Virus record (IMG/VR): IMGVR_UViG_3300045988_092551
Span: 1-64,000 of that record
Source of the DNA: a virus
Reading direction: 5' to 3' (one strand)
DNA: 64,000 bases
Shown: piece after piece, positions 16,336-25,805 of the stretch
How the letters are laid out: every line of letters begins with the position of its first letter
How positions within the stretch are numbered: position 1 is the stretch's first letter
The notes under the pieces: model-generated
Seen by the model: the letters and a program-made list of their open reading frames with translations, nothing else
Database searches by the model: none
What the model was told of the DNA's origin: nothing
Translations under genes and position numbers: made by a program

Positions 16336-17016
16336 ATGGCGGAACAACCTTTTGACCCTTATTATTCTCGTGGTGAGGTCTCCAATTCGGACCTCACTGC
16401 GTTGAAGTTTGCCCTGAACCCGCAGCTCAACTTCGTAAAGGAAGAGGACAAGAGAAAGGCTTTCCATCTCGGAACTCTCGTTGACGCTCTCGTTACAGAA
16501 CCAGAAAAGTGCAATCATTACGCCATGACGGTTGATGACGAGAAATATACGGAGAAGGATTGGAAATGGGGTCTAGACCGGCTTGCTGTTCTGAAGAAAC
16601 AGGCAACGAAGGATAGGTTCCTTGATTTCGTCCTGAAGAATGCGGTCGGTCAGAAAACATTCATCAATCCGCACATGAAGATGGAATACCAGGGCTTCGA
16701 GTTCGAGCTTCCGGTACGCTGCAAGTTCGACTGGTGGCTCGGCGAGTTCGGCGGTGATTTGAAGACCACCGCAGCTACGTCACAGGAGCAATTTGAGGCT
16801 CAGATCGATTTCGTCGATTGGGATAGAAGCCGTGCATGGTACATGGACCTTACGCACAGTATAGACCCAAGATACGGAAACCAGGACTTTATCTTTGCGG
16901 TCTCCAAGACCAAGAAGAAAGTATTCTATAAGAAGATTGAACGTGGTGACGAGTTGTATTTGCGTGGTAGGGAGAAGGCTCTTGAATGGGCTTTCCGCAT
17001 GTGGTGTTTATTATAA
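16336..17016 (+). CDS. PD-(D/E)XK exonuclease (RecE C-terminal/DUF3799-like), likely RecT partner
   Basis: 'FHLGTLVDALVTEPEK' and 'KFDWWLGEFGGDLKTT' fit D...(D/E)xK. Located near the RecT-like gene. Confidence 0.55.
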   Translation: MAEQPFDPYYSRGEVSNSDLTALKFALNPQLNFVKEEDKRKAFHLGTLVDALVTEPEKCNHYAMTVDDEKYTEKDWKWGLDRLAVLKKQATKDRFLDFVLKNAVGQKTFINPHMKMEYQGFEFELPVRCKFDWWLGEFGGDLKTTAATSQEQFEAQIDFVDWDRSRAWYMDLTHSIDPRYGNQDFIFAVSKTKKKVFYKKIERGDELYLRGREKALEWAFRMWCLL

Positions 17017-17025
17017 TTTATTATT

Positions 17026-19476
17026 ATGTCAGATAAACCGAAATTATACGATTATCAAGAAGAGGGTGTACGCATGGAACTCGCTATGAAGCGTTGCATC
17101 AATGGCGATGATATGGGAACTGGAAAACAGCAGTCTGTTGATTGTATCGTAAAGACTCCAATTGGTGACAAAAGAATTGGAGACATTCGTATTAATGATA
17201 TTGTCTTTGGTCGAGACGGAAAACCTTACGTAGTTACGGGAGTTTTCCCACAAGGTGTTAAGCCTATGTATAAGGTAACATTCTCTGATGGTGTTAGTAC
17301 AGAAGCTGGTATGGAACATCTTTGGACTGTCCGTGATGACAACAGAAGACGTAGAGGAAATGGTTGGACTGTCAAGACAACATCTGAACTCGTTGAATTA
17401 GGGTTATTCCGAAAGGAAAACAAATGGACTAAGGCTAATGGTTCACTACCATGCAAATGGGAAATTCCGATGTGTGAAGCTGTCGAATACAACGAAAAAG
17501 ATTACCTTATACATCCGTATATTTTAGGTGTTCTAATCGGTGATGGCTCAACAAAGGATGGTGCTGTCTTTTCTAATCCAGACATGGATTGTGATATACA
17601 CGAAAGGGTTCGCGAGCTTTTACCCGATGGATATTGCATGACAGAGGATAGAAGTTCAGCATGTCCGCGCTATCGGATAACTTACCAACAAGCCCACGCA
17701 AACCCATTTATTACAGATATAAAGCGGCTTGGTCTTAACGTGTTATCAAAGGATAAGTTTATTCCAGATACTTATCTGTTTGGAAGTGTTCGGCAGAGAA
17801 AGGAGCTTTTGTATGGACTTATGGATACAGATGGTAGTGTAACTAATCATAATAGGGTTCGTTATAGTACTTATAGTGAGAAGCTTGCAATCGGAATACA
17901 GGAGTTGGTTCATTCGCTCGGAGGTCAAGCGATAGTGAGAAAAAATATAAGAAACAGAAGAGGAAAAATTGAGGTCGAGTTTGATGTAAATATCAGAACT
18001 CCATTCAATCCTTTCTATACCTACAGAAAACATAGCTCTTATCGTATTAAGTCAAAAGTGTTTCCTGTAAGGAAAATAAAGTCTGTTGATTATATAGGGG
18101 AGAAAGAAGCTGTCTGCATTATGGTTGACAACCCAGAACATACCTATCTCACTGATAGTTTCATCGTTACCCACAACACGGTTCAATCCATCGTTGCAAT
18201 TGAACGTGCAAAAGCGACTCCTTGCTTGGTTATTTGCCCTGCTGCCCTCAAAGTCAATTGGGAACGTGAAATCAAGAGATTCACAAATCTTCGTCCGCTT
18301 ATCCTTACGGATTCCGTCAATGCGACATATGGATATCATCTTACTAAGATGAACCTGTATGATGTGGTGATATGCAACTATGAATCGCTTGCAAAATACT
18401 TTGTCGTAAGCCTCGGGCCAAAGCCGTTACGGCTGAACAACTTCCTGTTTCGTGATGAACTGAAGATTATCAAGTCTGTGATTATCGACGAGTCTGCAAG
18501 AGTCAAGGATCCATCAACAAGGCAGTCTAAAATTATCATGGGATTGTGCCAGGGTAAGGAGTATATCTATGAGCTTACAGGTACACCCGTTGTCAATCAC
18601 GCAACAGACCTGGCCTGCCAGCTTGCTATCCTCGGTCGCCTGAACGACGAGTTCGGAGGTTTTGGTGAGTTCTGCAACAGGTACGGTGAGAACGAGAATC
18701 TTGAAGAGCTTAACCGGAAGATACACGAAACGTGTTACTTCCGCAGAGAAAAGAAAGATGTTCTCAAGGATTTGCCGGATCTGACCAGAACGACCATCAG
18801 TGTCGCCCTCGACCCGGAAACGCAGGAAGAGTACGATACCTGTCAGAAAGACCTGCTCACGTTCCTTCTCGAATACAAGAGCTGCTCCGAGGAAGAGGCT
18901 AGGAAAAAGCTTAGAATGAAGGCTCTTGTCAGGTTTATGAACCTTCGCTCGATATCCGGGCGAGGAAAGATGAAGGCGACGATAGAGTTCCTTCATGATA
19001 CCGAAGAGCAGATAATCGTATTTGCCGAACATCGTGATGTCGTTAGTGCAATCAAGAAAGAGTTCCCGGATGAGGTTTGCACCGTAACCGGTTCCGATAG
19101 CCAGCAGCAGAAACAATGGGCTATTGATTCTTTTCAGGCTAAGAAAAAGAGAATCATCATCTGCTCCATCAAGGCAGCCGGCGTAGGCCTTACGCTTACG
19201 GCATCTTCCAATGTGGTGTTCGTCGAGCTCCCATGGACGATGGCAGACTTGTCGCAGTGTGAATGCCGTGCCTATCGTAACGGTCAGAAGAATGCGGTTA
19301 CATCGTGGATTCTCATGGGTGCAAATACCATCGACGGCTATCTTTATAGCTTGATTATGCAGAAAGGCTCAATAGCATCAAAAGTTACAGGTGAGCAGGA
19401 CTCCGCTATCAAGGATGCAGCTTATTTTGACGAGCTGGCTGATTTGGTTTTAAAAAATTCTTTAAACAAAAAATAA
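17026..19476 (+). CDS. SNF2-family helicase containing an intein
   Basis: Motif I is split ('DDMGTGK' ... 'TVQSIVAIE'). Downstream: 'VIIDESARVKD' (motif II, DExx), 'LTGTPVVNH', and the Helicase_C region 'CSIKAAGVGLTLTASSNVVFVELPWTMADLSQCECRAYRNGQ'. Confidence 0.85.
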   Translation: MSDKPKLYDYQEEGVRMELAMKRCINGDDMGTGKQQSVDCIVKTPIGDKRIGDIRINDIVFGRDGKPYVVTGVFPQGVKPMYKVTFSDGVSTEAGMEHLWTVRDDNRRRRGNGWTVKTTSELVELGLFRKENKWTKANGSLPCKWEIPMCEAVEYNEKDYLIHPYILGVLIGDGSTKDGAVFSNPDMDCDIHERVRELLPDGYCMTEDRSSACPRYRITYQQAHANPFITDIKRLGLNVLSKDKFIPDTYLFGSVRQRKELLYGLMDTDGSVTNHNRVRYSTYSEKLAIGIQELVHSLGGQAIVRKNIRNRRGKIEVEFDVNIRTPFNPFYTYRKHSSYRIKSKVFPVRKIKSVDYIGEKEAVCIMVDNPEHTYLTDSFIVTHNTVQSIVAIERAKATPCLVICPAALKVNWEREIKRFTNLRPLILTDSVNATYGYHLTKMNLYDVVICNYESLAKYFVVSLGPKPLRLNNFLFRDELKIIKSVIIDESARVKDPSTRQSKIIMGLCQGKEYIYELTGTPVVNHATDLACQLAILGRLNDEFGGFGEFCNRYGENENLEELNRKIHETCYFRREKKDVLKDLPDLTRTTISVALDPETQEEYDTCQKDLLTFLLEYKSCSEEEARKKLRMKALVRFMNLRSISGRGKMKATIEFLHDTEEQIIVFAEHRDVVSAIKKEFPDEVCTVTGSDSQQQKQWAIDSFQAKKKRIIICSIKAAGVGLTLTASSNVVFVELPWTMADLSQCECRAYRNGQKNAVTSWILMGANTIDGYLYSLIMQKGSIASKVTGEQDSAIKDAAYFDELADLVLKNSLNKK
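17128..18177 (+). mobile_element. 350-aa intein with LAGLIDADG homing-endonuclease domain (class-3-like)
   Basis: Starts 'QQSVDCIVKTPIG' (block A-like). Also 'GMEHLW' (block B), 'LIHPYILGVLIGDGS' and 'LLYGLMDTDGSV' (LAGLIDADG), 'AVCIMVDNPEHTYLTDS' (block F), and ends 'FIVTHN' with Thr at +1. Confidence 0.75.
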
Positions 19477-19971
19477 ATGGAAATTCAAGGAAAAGTAACA
19501 AACATCTTACCGATGCGCTCTGGCGTATCTGCAAGAGGGGAATGGAAGTCACAGGAATTCGTGATTTCCACCGAGGAACAATATCCGAAAATGGTTTGCT
19601 TCCAGGTCTTCGGAGAGGATAGAATCAATAGCTTTGCTCTCCAGATTGGAGAGGCCGTAAAAGTTAGCTTCGATATCTCTGCTCACGAATATCAGGGACA
19701 CTTTTTTAATTCTGTCAACGCATGGAAAGTTGAGAAGCTCATGCCGATTGCACAGAATCCTCCTCTTAACCCTCAACAGAACGCAAATGCTCCGGCAGGC
19801 GGTTACATTCCGCCACAGACAGGTGGATATGTTCCACCACAGGCAGGCGGTAATACAATGCTTGGCGGTGGTACGCCTCCAGGTAATTCGCAAAATCTGT
19901 TTCCACCTGAACAGCAGTCAGCACAGCAGCAAGCACAGCAGCGATGGAACTCTGATGACCTTCCCTACTAG
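19477..19971 (+). CDS. DUF3127-type OB-fold single-stranded DNA-binding protein
   Basis: N-terminus 'MEIQGKVTNILPMRSGVSARGEWKSQEFVI' matches the DUF3127 pattern. It has a G/P/Q-rich linker and the acidic tip 'WNSDDLPY', like the canonical SSB 'DDDIPF'. Confidence 0.7.
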   Translation: MEIQGKVTNILPMRSGVSARGEWKSQEFVISTEEQYPKMVCFQVFGEDRINSFALQIGEAVKVSFDISAHEYQGHFFNSVNAWKVEKLMPIAQNPPLNPQQNANAPAGGYIPPQTGGYVPPQAGGNTMLGGGTPPGNSQNLFPPEQQSAQQQAQQRWNSDDLPY

Positions 19972-20425
19972 TGTAGAATTAATCAAACGAGCATTCAACG
20001 CTTATGTGGTTCAACCTGAAACGTTTAGGACAAAAGTAGCCGAGTTGGAGAACAAAGGTGCGATGGTAGAGCTGAAAGAGAAACGTGGACGTTCTTTGAA
20101 TCAGAATGCCTATCTTCATTTGCTCCTATCTGCATTCGGTCTCCAATACGGCTACACTCTAGACGAAGTTAAGACGCATTTCTATAAGCTGGTAGTGAAC
20201 AAAGATATATTCTTCAGAGAAGGGATTGATAAATTCACAGGAGAATGCTATAAGTATCTTCGTTCTTCTGCTGACCTTACGAGAGACGAAATGAGCAAAT
20301 CAATTTCTGATTTCAAATCGTGGGCAAAAGAGGAAGCTGGATTTGATTTTCCTGATTCTGATGAATATATCGCACTACTTCATATTCAACATGATGTAGA
20401 AAGACAACAAAATTACATACAATAG
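19955..20425 (+). CDS. NinB/Orf-like recombination mediator (start moved to ATG 19955)
   Basis: 'KRGRSLNQNAYLHLLLSAFG' resembles lambda Orf 'RNRSLDQNRKLWACLGDV'. The upstream part of track ORF 19730 is antisense-like overlap with the SSB gene. Confidence 0.6.
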   Translation: MTFPTSVELIKRAFNAYVVQPETFRTKVAELENKGAMVELKEKRGRSLNQNAYLHLLLSAFGLQYGYTLDEVKTHFYKLVVNKDIFFREGIDKFTGECYKYLRSSADLTRDEMSKSISDFKSWAKEEAGFDFPDSDEYIALLHIQHDVERQQNYIQ

Positions 20426-20428
20426 CTT

Positions 20429-20842
20429 ATGATGTTACCAACTAATATACGTCAGAAGTCTAGCGAATTGTTTCCTAATGACGCAGAGAAACAGAGAATA
20501 TTTCTTATGGGTGCTGCATTCTCGTTAGGAAATGATTTGTCGGATTTCGAGATTACTACAGGGCAAAAACAAGAAGAATATTATCCTTGCAAAGAGGCTC
20601 TTGATATGTGGCTTGCATACAAGAAAGAAAAACGTCAGAAGTATCAACCTCGTGGACTTGCGGCTCTTAAAAAGAAGCTTTTAAAGATGTCGAACGGAAA
20701 TCCCGAATACGCAAAGGTTATCGTTGAGCATTCGATGGGAAACAACTATTCCGGGTTGTATGCTCCGAAAAATAATAGCATAAACAGTTATGAACAACAG
20801 AAACGAACTTTCAACAAGATCAACTCAATCCTTGCCGGATGA
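20429..20842 (+). CDS. hypothetical protein
   Basis: 137-aa ORF. Confidence 0.45.
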   Translation: MMLPTNIRQKSSELFPNDAEKQRIFLMGAAFSLGNDLSDFEITTGQKQEEYYPCKEALDMWLAYKKEKRQKYQPRGLAALKKKLLKMSNGNPEYAKVIVEHSMGNNYSGLYAPKNNSINSYEQQKRTFNKINSILAG

Positions 20843-21455
20843 GTACAAAAAGGCAATCGATGAATTTGGCTCGCAATACGCTTTGTTCTTGAATAAATAC
20901 CCGACTCTTCAAAAAAGAATCAGCAGCGTTCCTACGGTGTATGACTCTGTAAAGAACGGCGGACTTTCGTTTGTGGAAATCGACAAGTATTTCAAGGATG
21001 GGGCAAGCGAATGGTGGATTAAAACAATGGTCATAGACTTATTTATGGTCATTGGTGCATTCGATTCTACTACTCCATATCAATTCAAGGCGATTGCACA
21101 GCGTATCAGACAGGAATATTACCATGCATCTCCAGGAGAGCTTACACGATTCTTCTATGAATTCTCAATGGGTGAGTACGGTGAGATTTATGTCGGCAGG
21201 ACTGTAAATCCACAGAAGTTATTCATCGCTCTCGAAAAGTATATGCACAAGGTATACGAAAAGAGAGCCGAAATTGGTAGTCAGAGAAACCTCGACAAGC
21301 AAAAGATAGAGGATGAGAGGGCTAGGATGAACGCTATATCCTACGAAGAGTATTGTTTAAGGAAAGGTGTGGATCCGAAAGAATCACCTCTTGAAAAGCT
21401 AAAGCAAAAACTTGAAAAAGAATCAAAACGAGACCAAAATGGCAGACGTAAGTAA
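20790..21455 (+). CDS. hypothetical protein
   Basis: 221-aa ORF with a 53-nt overlap with the previous gene. Confidence 0.45.
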   Translation: MNNRNELSTRSTQSLPDEYKKAIDEFGSQYALFLNKYPTLQKRISSVPTVYDSVKNGGLSFVEIDKYFKDGASEWWIKTMVIDLFMVIGAFDSTTPYQFKAIAQRIRQEYYHASPGELTRFFYEFSMGEYGEIYVGRTVNPQKLFIALEKYMHKVYEKRAEIGSQRNLDKQKIEDERARMNAISYEEYCLRKGVDPKESPLEKLKQKLEKESKRDQNGRRK

Positions 21456-21561
21456 AATGGCAGAGGAATGGCTCGGTGAGCATCCTGATGCGACAAAGAA
21501 AGAAATATGGTTAGCTGGTTATTGGAAATCTACCGATAACTGGTGCAACCGAACCAAGTAA
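21439..21561 (+). CDS. possible 40-aa ORF
   Basis: MADVSKMAEEWLGEHPDATKKEIWLAGYWKSTDNWCNRTK. Fills a gap. Below the track's size cutoff. Confidence 0.25.
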   Translation: MADVSKMAEEWLGEHPDATKKEIWLAGYWKSTDNWCNRTK

Positions 21562-21571
21562 ATTTAGAATT

Positions 21572-21871
21572 ATGGCAGAAAGAAAAGGTAAAATCGCAGA
21601 AGTTACTAATGCTACCACAAAGCAAGCGGTAGTGTTCATCTGGATCTACTCCTGGGTTATTGTGAGAAATCTAGGAAGAGCAATCAATAAGGCAGTTTAC
21701 AAGCTGCCTTGGTTATTCATCGTGATAACGGTAGTAATCTCATTCATCGTTAGTTTCGTCTTTATCTATAAGGCAAGGGCAGAGCGGGATAGCTATAATC
21801 AGAAGTTAGTTCACGTAACACAGCAGCTTGATAGCTATATGGCTGCATACGGAAACATAAAATCAAAGTAA
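21572..21871 (+). CDS. membrane protein
   Basis: 99 aa with two hydrophobic helices. Confidence 0.4.
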   Translation: MAERKGKIAEVTNATTKQAVVFIWIYSWVIVRNLGRAINKAVYKLPWLFIVITVVISFIVSFVFIYKARAERDSYNQKLVHVTQQLDSYMAAYGNIKSK

Positions 21872-21949
21872 TTATGAAGAGATACAAACATACAATAGTG
21901 ATGGGCTTCTGCATCAGCTGTGCATTGGCCGTAGAGAGGGAGGTGTAGC

Positions 21950-22942
21950 ATGCAGACAGGATGGAACCCGAATTTCTCTAGACCGGTGTTGGCTAAAATT
22001 CCGGTCAAAGTACCAACCGAAGAGCAGGTGAATCGCTTCTATATGCTCTTCTATTCTATGGTCGGCGGTTTCGCATCAATCGTTCAGACGCAAATCACCG
22101 ATACATACAACCTCATCAAGGAGAATAAGAAAATCTTCCGCTTCGATGCCAAGAAGAGAATCACGGAGGCAAAGGAGTGCTCAGACGATCTAATTGATGC
22201 CTTTATGCACTATATGAAGGAATGCGGAATGTCCCAACTCTGGATGGATATGACTGATACCATTGAGGATGACTTGAAGCCGGACGTACAGAAATGCTTC
22301 TATGCCATCGATAATCAGTTTATGAAGCATCACGTCAAAGAGCATAAGATGTACACAATGCTCCTGATGTCGGAACTGATGAGCAGTATGCTTGTAAGCT
22401 CAGTAGAACGCTTTTCCGAGATGATGGATAAGTACAACGGTATTCACGCCGTCAACATCGCAGAACGCTTCACGAATCCTATCCGGGAAGTTTATGCTCG
22501 TATGCGCAATGCTATGGAGATTCTCTACCCGGTCAAGGTTGATGATGAAGTATTCTCCGAATGCCCGGACAAGTTCAACCTCGGCTTCGAGATTATCGGC
22601 CAGAAGGTCCTCGACTGGAAACGCGCAGAGAAAGCCCTGGCGAATGCCTGTATCCTCAACGGATTCAACCTTAATGCTGATGGTGAGTTCCTGGAGAATG
22701 AGCAGGATAACACCGGCACTCCTTGGAATGAGACTCAGACGAGAGCTCTTTCCATCGCTTACCCGAACACTTCAAACAAGAAAATTGCCAGGATCCTCGG
22801 CAGAAGCGTTTACGAGGTTACAAAGCAAGCTAAGAAACTCGGATTGAAGAAATCTGAGGAATACCTTAGAGAAACTAGAATAGCTAACTTAAAATGCAAG
22901 AAAAATGAAAAAGATTCCAAAACTTTACACAAAGAACAGTAA
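21950..22942 (+). CDS. hypothetical protein with C-terminal HTH-like segment
   Basis: 330 aa. 'NKKIARILGRSVYEVTKQAKKLGL' is HTH-like. The SD-like sequence gagggagg lies upstream. Confidence 0.5.
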   Translation: MQTGWNPNFSRPVLAKIPVKVPTEEQVNRFYMLFYSMVGGFASIVQTQITDTYNLIKENKKIFRFDAKKRITEAKECSDDLIDAFMHYMKECGMSQLWMDMTDTIEDDLKPDVQKCFYAIDNQFMKHHVKEHKMYTMLLMSELMSSMLVSSVERFSEMMDKYNGIHAVNIAERFTNPIREVYARMRNAMEILYPVKVDDEVFSECPDKFNLGFEIIGQKVLDWKRAEKALANACILNGFNLNADGEFLENEQDNTGTPWNETQTRALSIAYPNTSNKKIARILGRSVYEVTKQAKKLGLKKSEEYLRETRIANLKCKKNEKDSKTLHKEQ

Positions 22943-23312
22943 AGGTCGCTACGAGGAATACAAGATTCCTGACCTCGATATATCGAAGACGTTCTATCGA
23001 AAGATAAATGGAAAATACGAGCCTGTTAGTATGCTCTCGTATAGCACTCTAGAAGAGGGCGTATGGGTAGTCACTCGCGAAAGTTCGACAATCGAACATA
23101 TCCGTGGCACTTACCTTCGTGAGTGCTTTCATCTTGATAAGGCTGCCGACATTGAGCGTTTTCCTCTGTCTAAGATGGGGCACATCAAGAAGGTTGCAGA
23201 ACGTATCATTGATGAGCTGAGACTTGGTAATACAGACACTAGAGCTATGACAAACCACGAACTTGTCAATTTAGTTGTCGGGCTTGTTTACAAATACAAC
23301 GAGGAGGTCTAA
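22905..23312 (+). CDS. hypothetical protein
   Basis: 135-aa ORF. Confidence 0.45.
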   Translation: MKKIPKLYTKNSKGRYEEYKIPDLDISKTFYRKINGKYEPVSMLSYSTLEEGVWVVTRESSTIEHIRGTYLRECFHLDKAADIERFPLSKMGHIKKVAERIIDELRLGNTDTRAMTNHELVNLVVGLVYKYNEEV

Positions 23313-23314
23313 TT

Positions 23315-23494
23315 ATGGAAGATTTACCTGTAGGCGCAGAAGTCACATTAAAGGTGGTTGAAGCGGAGAATTGCGATGGCTGTTTCTTTGATGAGCTAAC
23401 ATGCAATATGTATGACAACATTTGTAAACGAATTAAGTGCGATAGACTAGAGCGCAAAGACGGAAAGGCTGTTCAATTCAAAAGAGTAAAGTAA
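23315..23494 (+). CDS. small Cys-rich protein (CDGCFF family, copy 1); not in the ORF track
   Basis: 59 aa: MEDLPVGAEVTLKVVEAENCDGCFFDELTCNMYDNICKRIKCDRLERKDGKAVQFKRVK. Paralogous to ORF 25806. GAGGAGG lies 8 nt upstream. Confidence 0.45.
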   Translation: MEDLPVGAEVTLKVVEAENCDGCFFDELTCNMYDNICKRIKCDRLERKDGKAVQFKRVK

Positions 23495-23495
23495 T

Positions 23496-24488
23496 ATGGA
23501 AGAAAAGATTAATATAGCGAAAATATTAAAGAATAAGCCAGAGAAGACAATCTTGTATGACGCAATGCGTGATATTAATGTATCTCTTTATGTTGTCGAA
23601 AAACAAAATGGGGAGACCAATATCTTCTGTGATGGTATAAAGAAGTTTAAAGGATGTAATTTTGTGTATTCTGATACAGGAGCAGATTATATATTCCGAA
23701 AAGGAATGCAACTTCTTAAACCATCCAAGGAAATGCAAGATTGGGAGAAGTTTTCTTGGAAGAGAGGCGATGTGCTTATCAGTGATTGTGGATTTGTGTG
23801 CATCTTCAAAGAATGGGCATCTGATGACTATACTAAATTCAACGGATGTTATTTTGATGGTATGCCAAATGCAGAAACGGCTAAGTATAGCAAGTTAGAT
23901 AACAATACCGCCTATGGTTATATCAGAGAGCTTGAGAATAGATGTGGCGGTAAGTTAAACCTTGAAACTTTGAAAATTGAAAAACAGACTGAGTTCAAGG
24001 ATGGGGATGTTGTAGTAACGGATGCTGTTCCTTCTTTGTATTATTCTAAATGTATTTTCATATTAAAGGGGGATTTAAATACAGATGAAAGTTGTGCAAA
24101 CTCTTATATTTTTTACAATATAAATAATAATGATTTTTGTTTCGATGTACTTGATACGGAAATAAGAGACCGCAATATTCACCTTGCCACAGACTCAGAA
24201 AAGCAGCAGCTCTTTGATGCCCTCGCAAAGAAAGGCAAGGCTTGGGATGCTGAGAAGAAGCAGATTGTGGATTTGAAGCCAAAGTGCGAGTTTAAGCCAT
24301 TCGATAAAGTGTTGGGGCGAAATGAGAAATGTGAGGTATGGGAAGCTGAACTCTTTTCTCATTATAAAGAAGAATCACGATATCCTTTTTGTTGTATCGG
24401 ATTTAGTCGTAAGTATTGTATTCCTTACAACAAAGAGACAGCACATCTACTAGGAACGACTGATGATTGGGAGGGAGGTGAGCAATGA
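23496..24488 (+). CDS. hypothetical protein
   Basis: 330-aa ORF. Confidence 0.5.
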   Translation: MEEKINIAKILKNKPEKTILYDAMRDINVSLYVVEKQNGETNIFCDGIKKFKGCNFVYSDTGADYIFRKGMQLLKPSKEMQDWEKFSWKRGDVLISDCGFVCIFKEWASDDYTKFNGCYFDGMPNAETAKYSKLDNNTAYGYIRELENRCGGKLNLETLKIEKQTEFKDGDVVVTDAVPSLYYSKCIFILKGDLNTDESCANSYIFYNINNNDFCFDVLDTEIRDRNIHLATDSEKQQLFDALAKKGKAWDAEKKQIVDLKPKCEFKPFDKVLGRNEKCEVWEAELFSHYKEESRYPFCCIGFSRKYCIPYNKETAHLLGTTDDWEGGEQ

Positions 24489-24703
24489 TTAGAGACGATG
24501 CAAAGATAATTGTAACACCAACTGGTGTATCACTTAAAGAAGCCTTGATTAAAGAAGTAGTTAAGGCACTCAATGAAGAAGCTTCCATCTATATGAATTA
24601 TGAAATCCCAGAAGTAAAACTTGGTGGCAACCCTCCTAGTGGTAAGGAAAGCCGTAGAACTAGGAGAATGCAGGAACTTAGAAGAAGAAAGGGTAGATTA
24701 TGA
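24485..24703 (+). CDS. hypothetical protein
   Basis: 72 aa. ATGA overlap. SD-like gggagggagg upstream. Confidence 0.4.
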   Translation: MIRDDAKIIVTPTGVSLKEALIKEVVKALNEEASIYMNYEIPEVKLGGNPPSGKESRRTRRMQELRRRKGRL

Positions 24704-24885
24704 ATGATGAAAGCATAGATGTTAACATTAGTTTTATCAATACTGATTATTTCTCAGTATCTGTAAGGGATGGGGCTATTTCAGTTATTGGTAGAATAAC
24801 CAAGTTAGAGATGGAAAATTTTGTAAAGGCTCAATATTTCGAGATTAAAGAGGTATTGGATAAAAATAGTAAGAAAGGAAGATAA
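24700..24885 (+). CDS. hypothetical protein
   Basis: 61 aa. ATGA overlap. Confidence 0.35.
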   Translation: MNDESIDVNISFINTDYFSVSVRDGAISVIGRITKLEMENFVKAQYFEIKEVLDKNSKKGR

Positions 24886-24887
24886 TT

Positions 24888-25214
24888 ATGATAGACGATA
24901 AGAAAATAGAAGAAGCAAAGAAATCATTTATTGCCGACAAGAAGATTTTAGGTGTTATGGCTATGAATGATTTGGCTTGTGGTTTCAAAGAAGGTGCTAA
25001 CTGGGCTATTAATGAGCTTCTAAAGGATTTGCTTCATCCTGCTAGCGAAGTTCCTAGAAATGACAATGGCAAGATTCTCGCATTCTCAAAAGAAATCGGT
25101 CATAGAAAACTCTACGACATGAACGCTATGCTTGATGAAACTACTTGTAACACATATCAAGAAATGTGGGAAGTAGAAGTTATGGTGTACCGTTTTACTA
25201 TTGGATATTCGTAG
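24888..25214 (+). CDS. hypothetical protein
   Basis: 108-aa ORF. Confidence 0.4.
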   Translation: MIDDKKIEEAKKSFIADKKILGVMAMNDLACGFKEGANWAINELLKDLLHPASEVPRNDNGKILAFSKEIGHRKLYDMNAMLDETTCNTYQEMWEVEVMVYRFTIGYS

Positions 25215-25250
25215 ATGAATTGTTAGACTTGATTACGAAAGGAGGCAATC

Positions 25251-25487
25251 ATGATTAAGGAAGTAAAAATGTACTCTGTTGTATGTGATAGATGTGGAAA
25301 GACATTCATAGATGAGTTTAATGGCATTATGGCTTGGCTAGACGAAGGAACTGCAAAAGAGCAAGCAATGGAAAGTGAATGGGCAGAGATAGGCGATAAG
25401 CACTACTGCCCAGACTGCTATGAGTTTGACGATGAGTTAGATGAGTATGTTCCTAAAAAGAAAGGAGGAAGCAATGAAAGAACTTAA
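25251..25487 (+). CDS. zinc-ribbon protein
   Basis: Two CxxC pairs: 'CDRCGK' ... 'CPDCY'. AAAGGAGG upstream. Confidence 0.45.
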   Translation: MIKEVKMYSVVCDRCGKTFIDEFNGIMAWLDEGTAKEQAMESEWAEIGDKHYCPDCYEFDDELDEYVPKKKGGSNERT

Positions 25488-25803
25488 AGATTTGGTTGCT
25501 GGTGACAAGGTTGTTGTTTTCGACAGATACGACAACAGAAGAATTGCTATTGTTGAAAGAATAACAAAAACTTTGGTCGTTGTAAACAATATTAAATATC
25601 GGAAGTCTAACGGATTTCAATTTGGAGTATCATCTTATATCCTCTCTCGTAGAATTGAAATACCTAAAGATGAGGAGCAGATTAAGGCAATAGAATTAGA
25701 ATACCGTAAGCGAATTATCATTCATAGAATACATAATCTCAATCTGAATGATTATCCGTTAGAAGTGTTGGAAAAAGTCTATATTGAATTAGGAGGAAAT
25801 TAA
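25474..25803 (+). CDS. hypothetical protein (start at ATG 25474)
   Basis: In-frame 'MKELKDL' preceded by aaaggagga. Confidence 0.4.
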   Translation: MKELKDLVAGDKVVVFDRYDNRRIAIVERITKTLVVVNNIKYRKSNGFQFGVSSYILSRRIEIPKDEEQIKAIELEYRKRIIIHRIHNLNLNDYPLEVLEKVYIELGGN

Positions 25804-25805
25804 AT

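Noticed and set aside
19730-19954. 5' extension of the NinB-like ORF (track start 19730)
   Set aside because: The extension overlaps the SSB gene out of frame and is Arg/His/Gln-rich. The ATG at 19955 gives a protein of NinB-like length.
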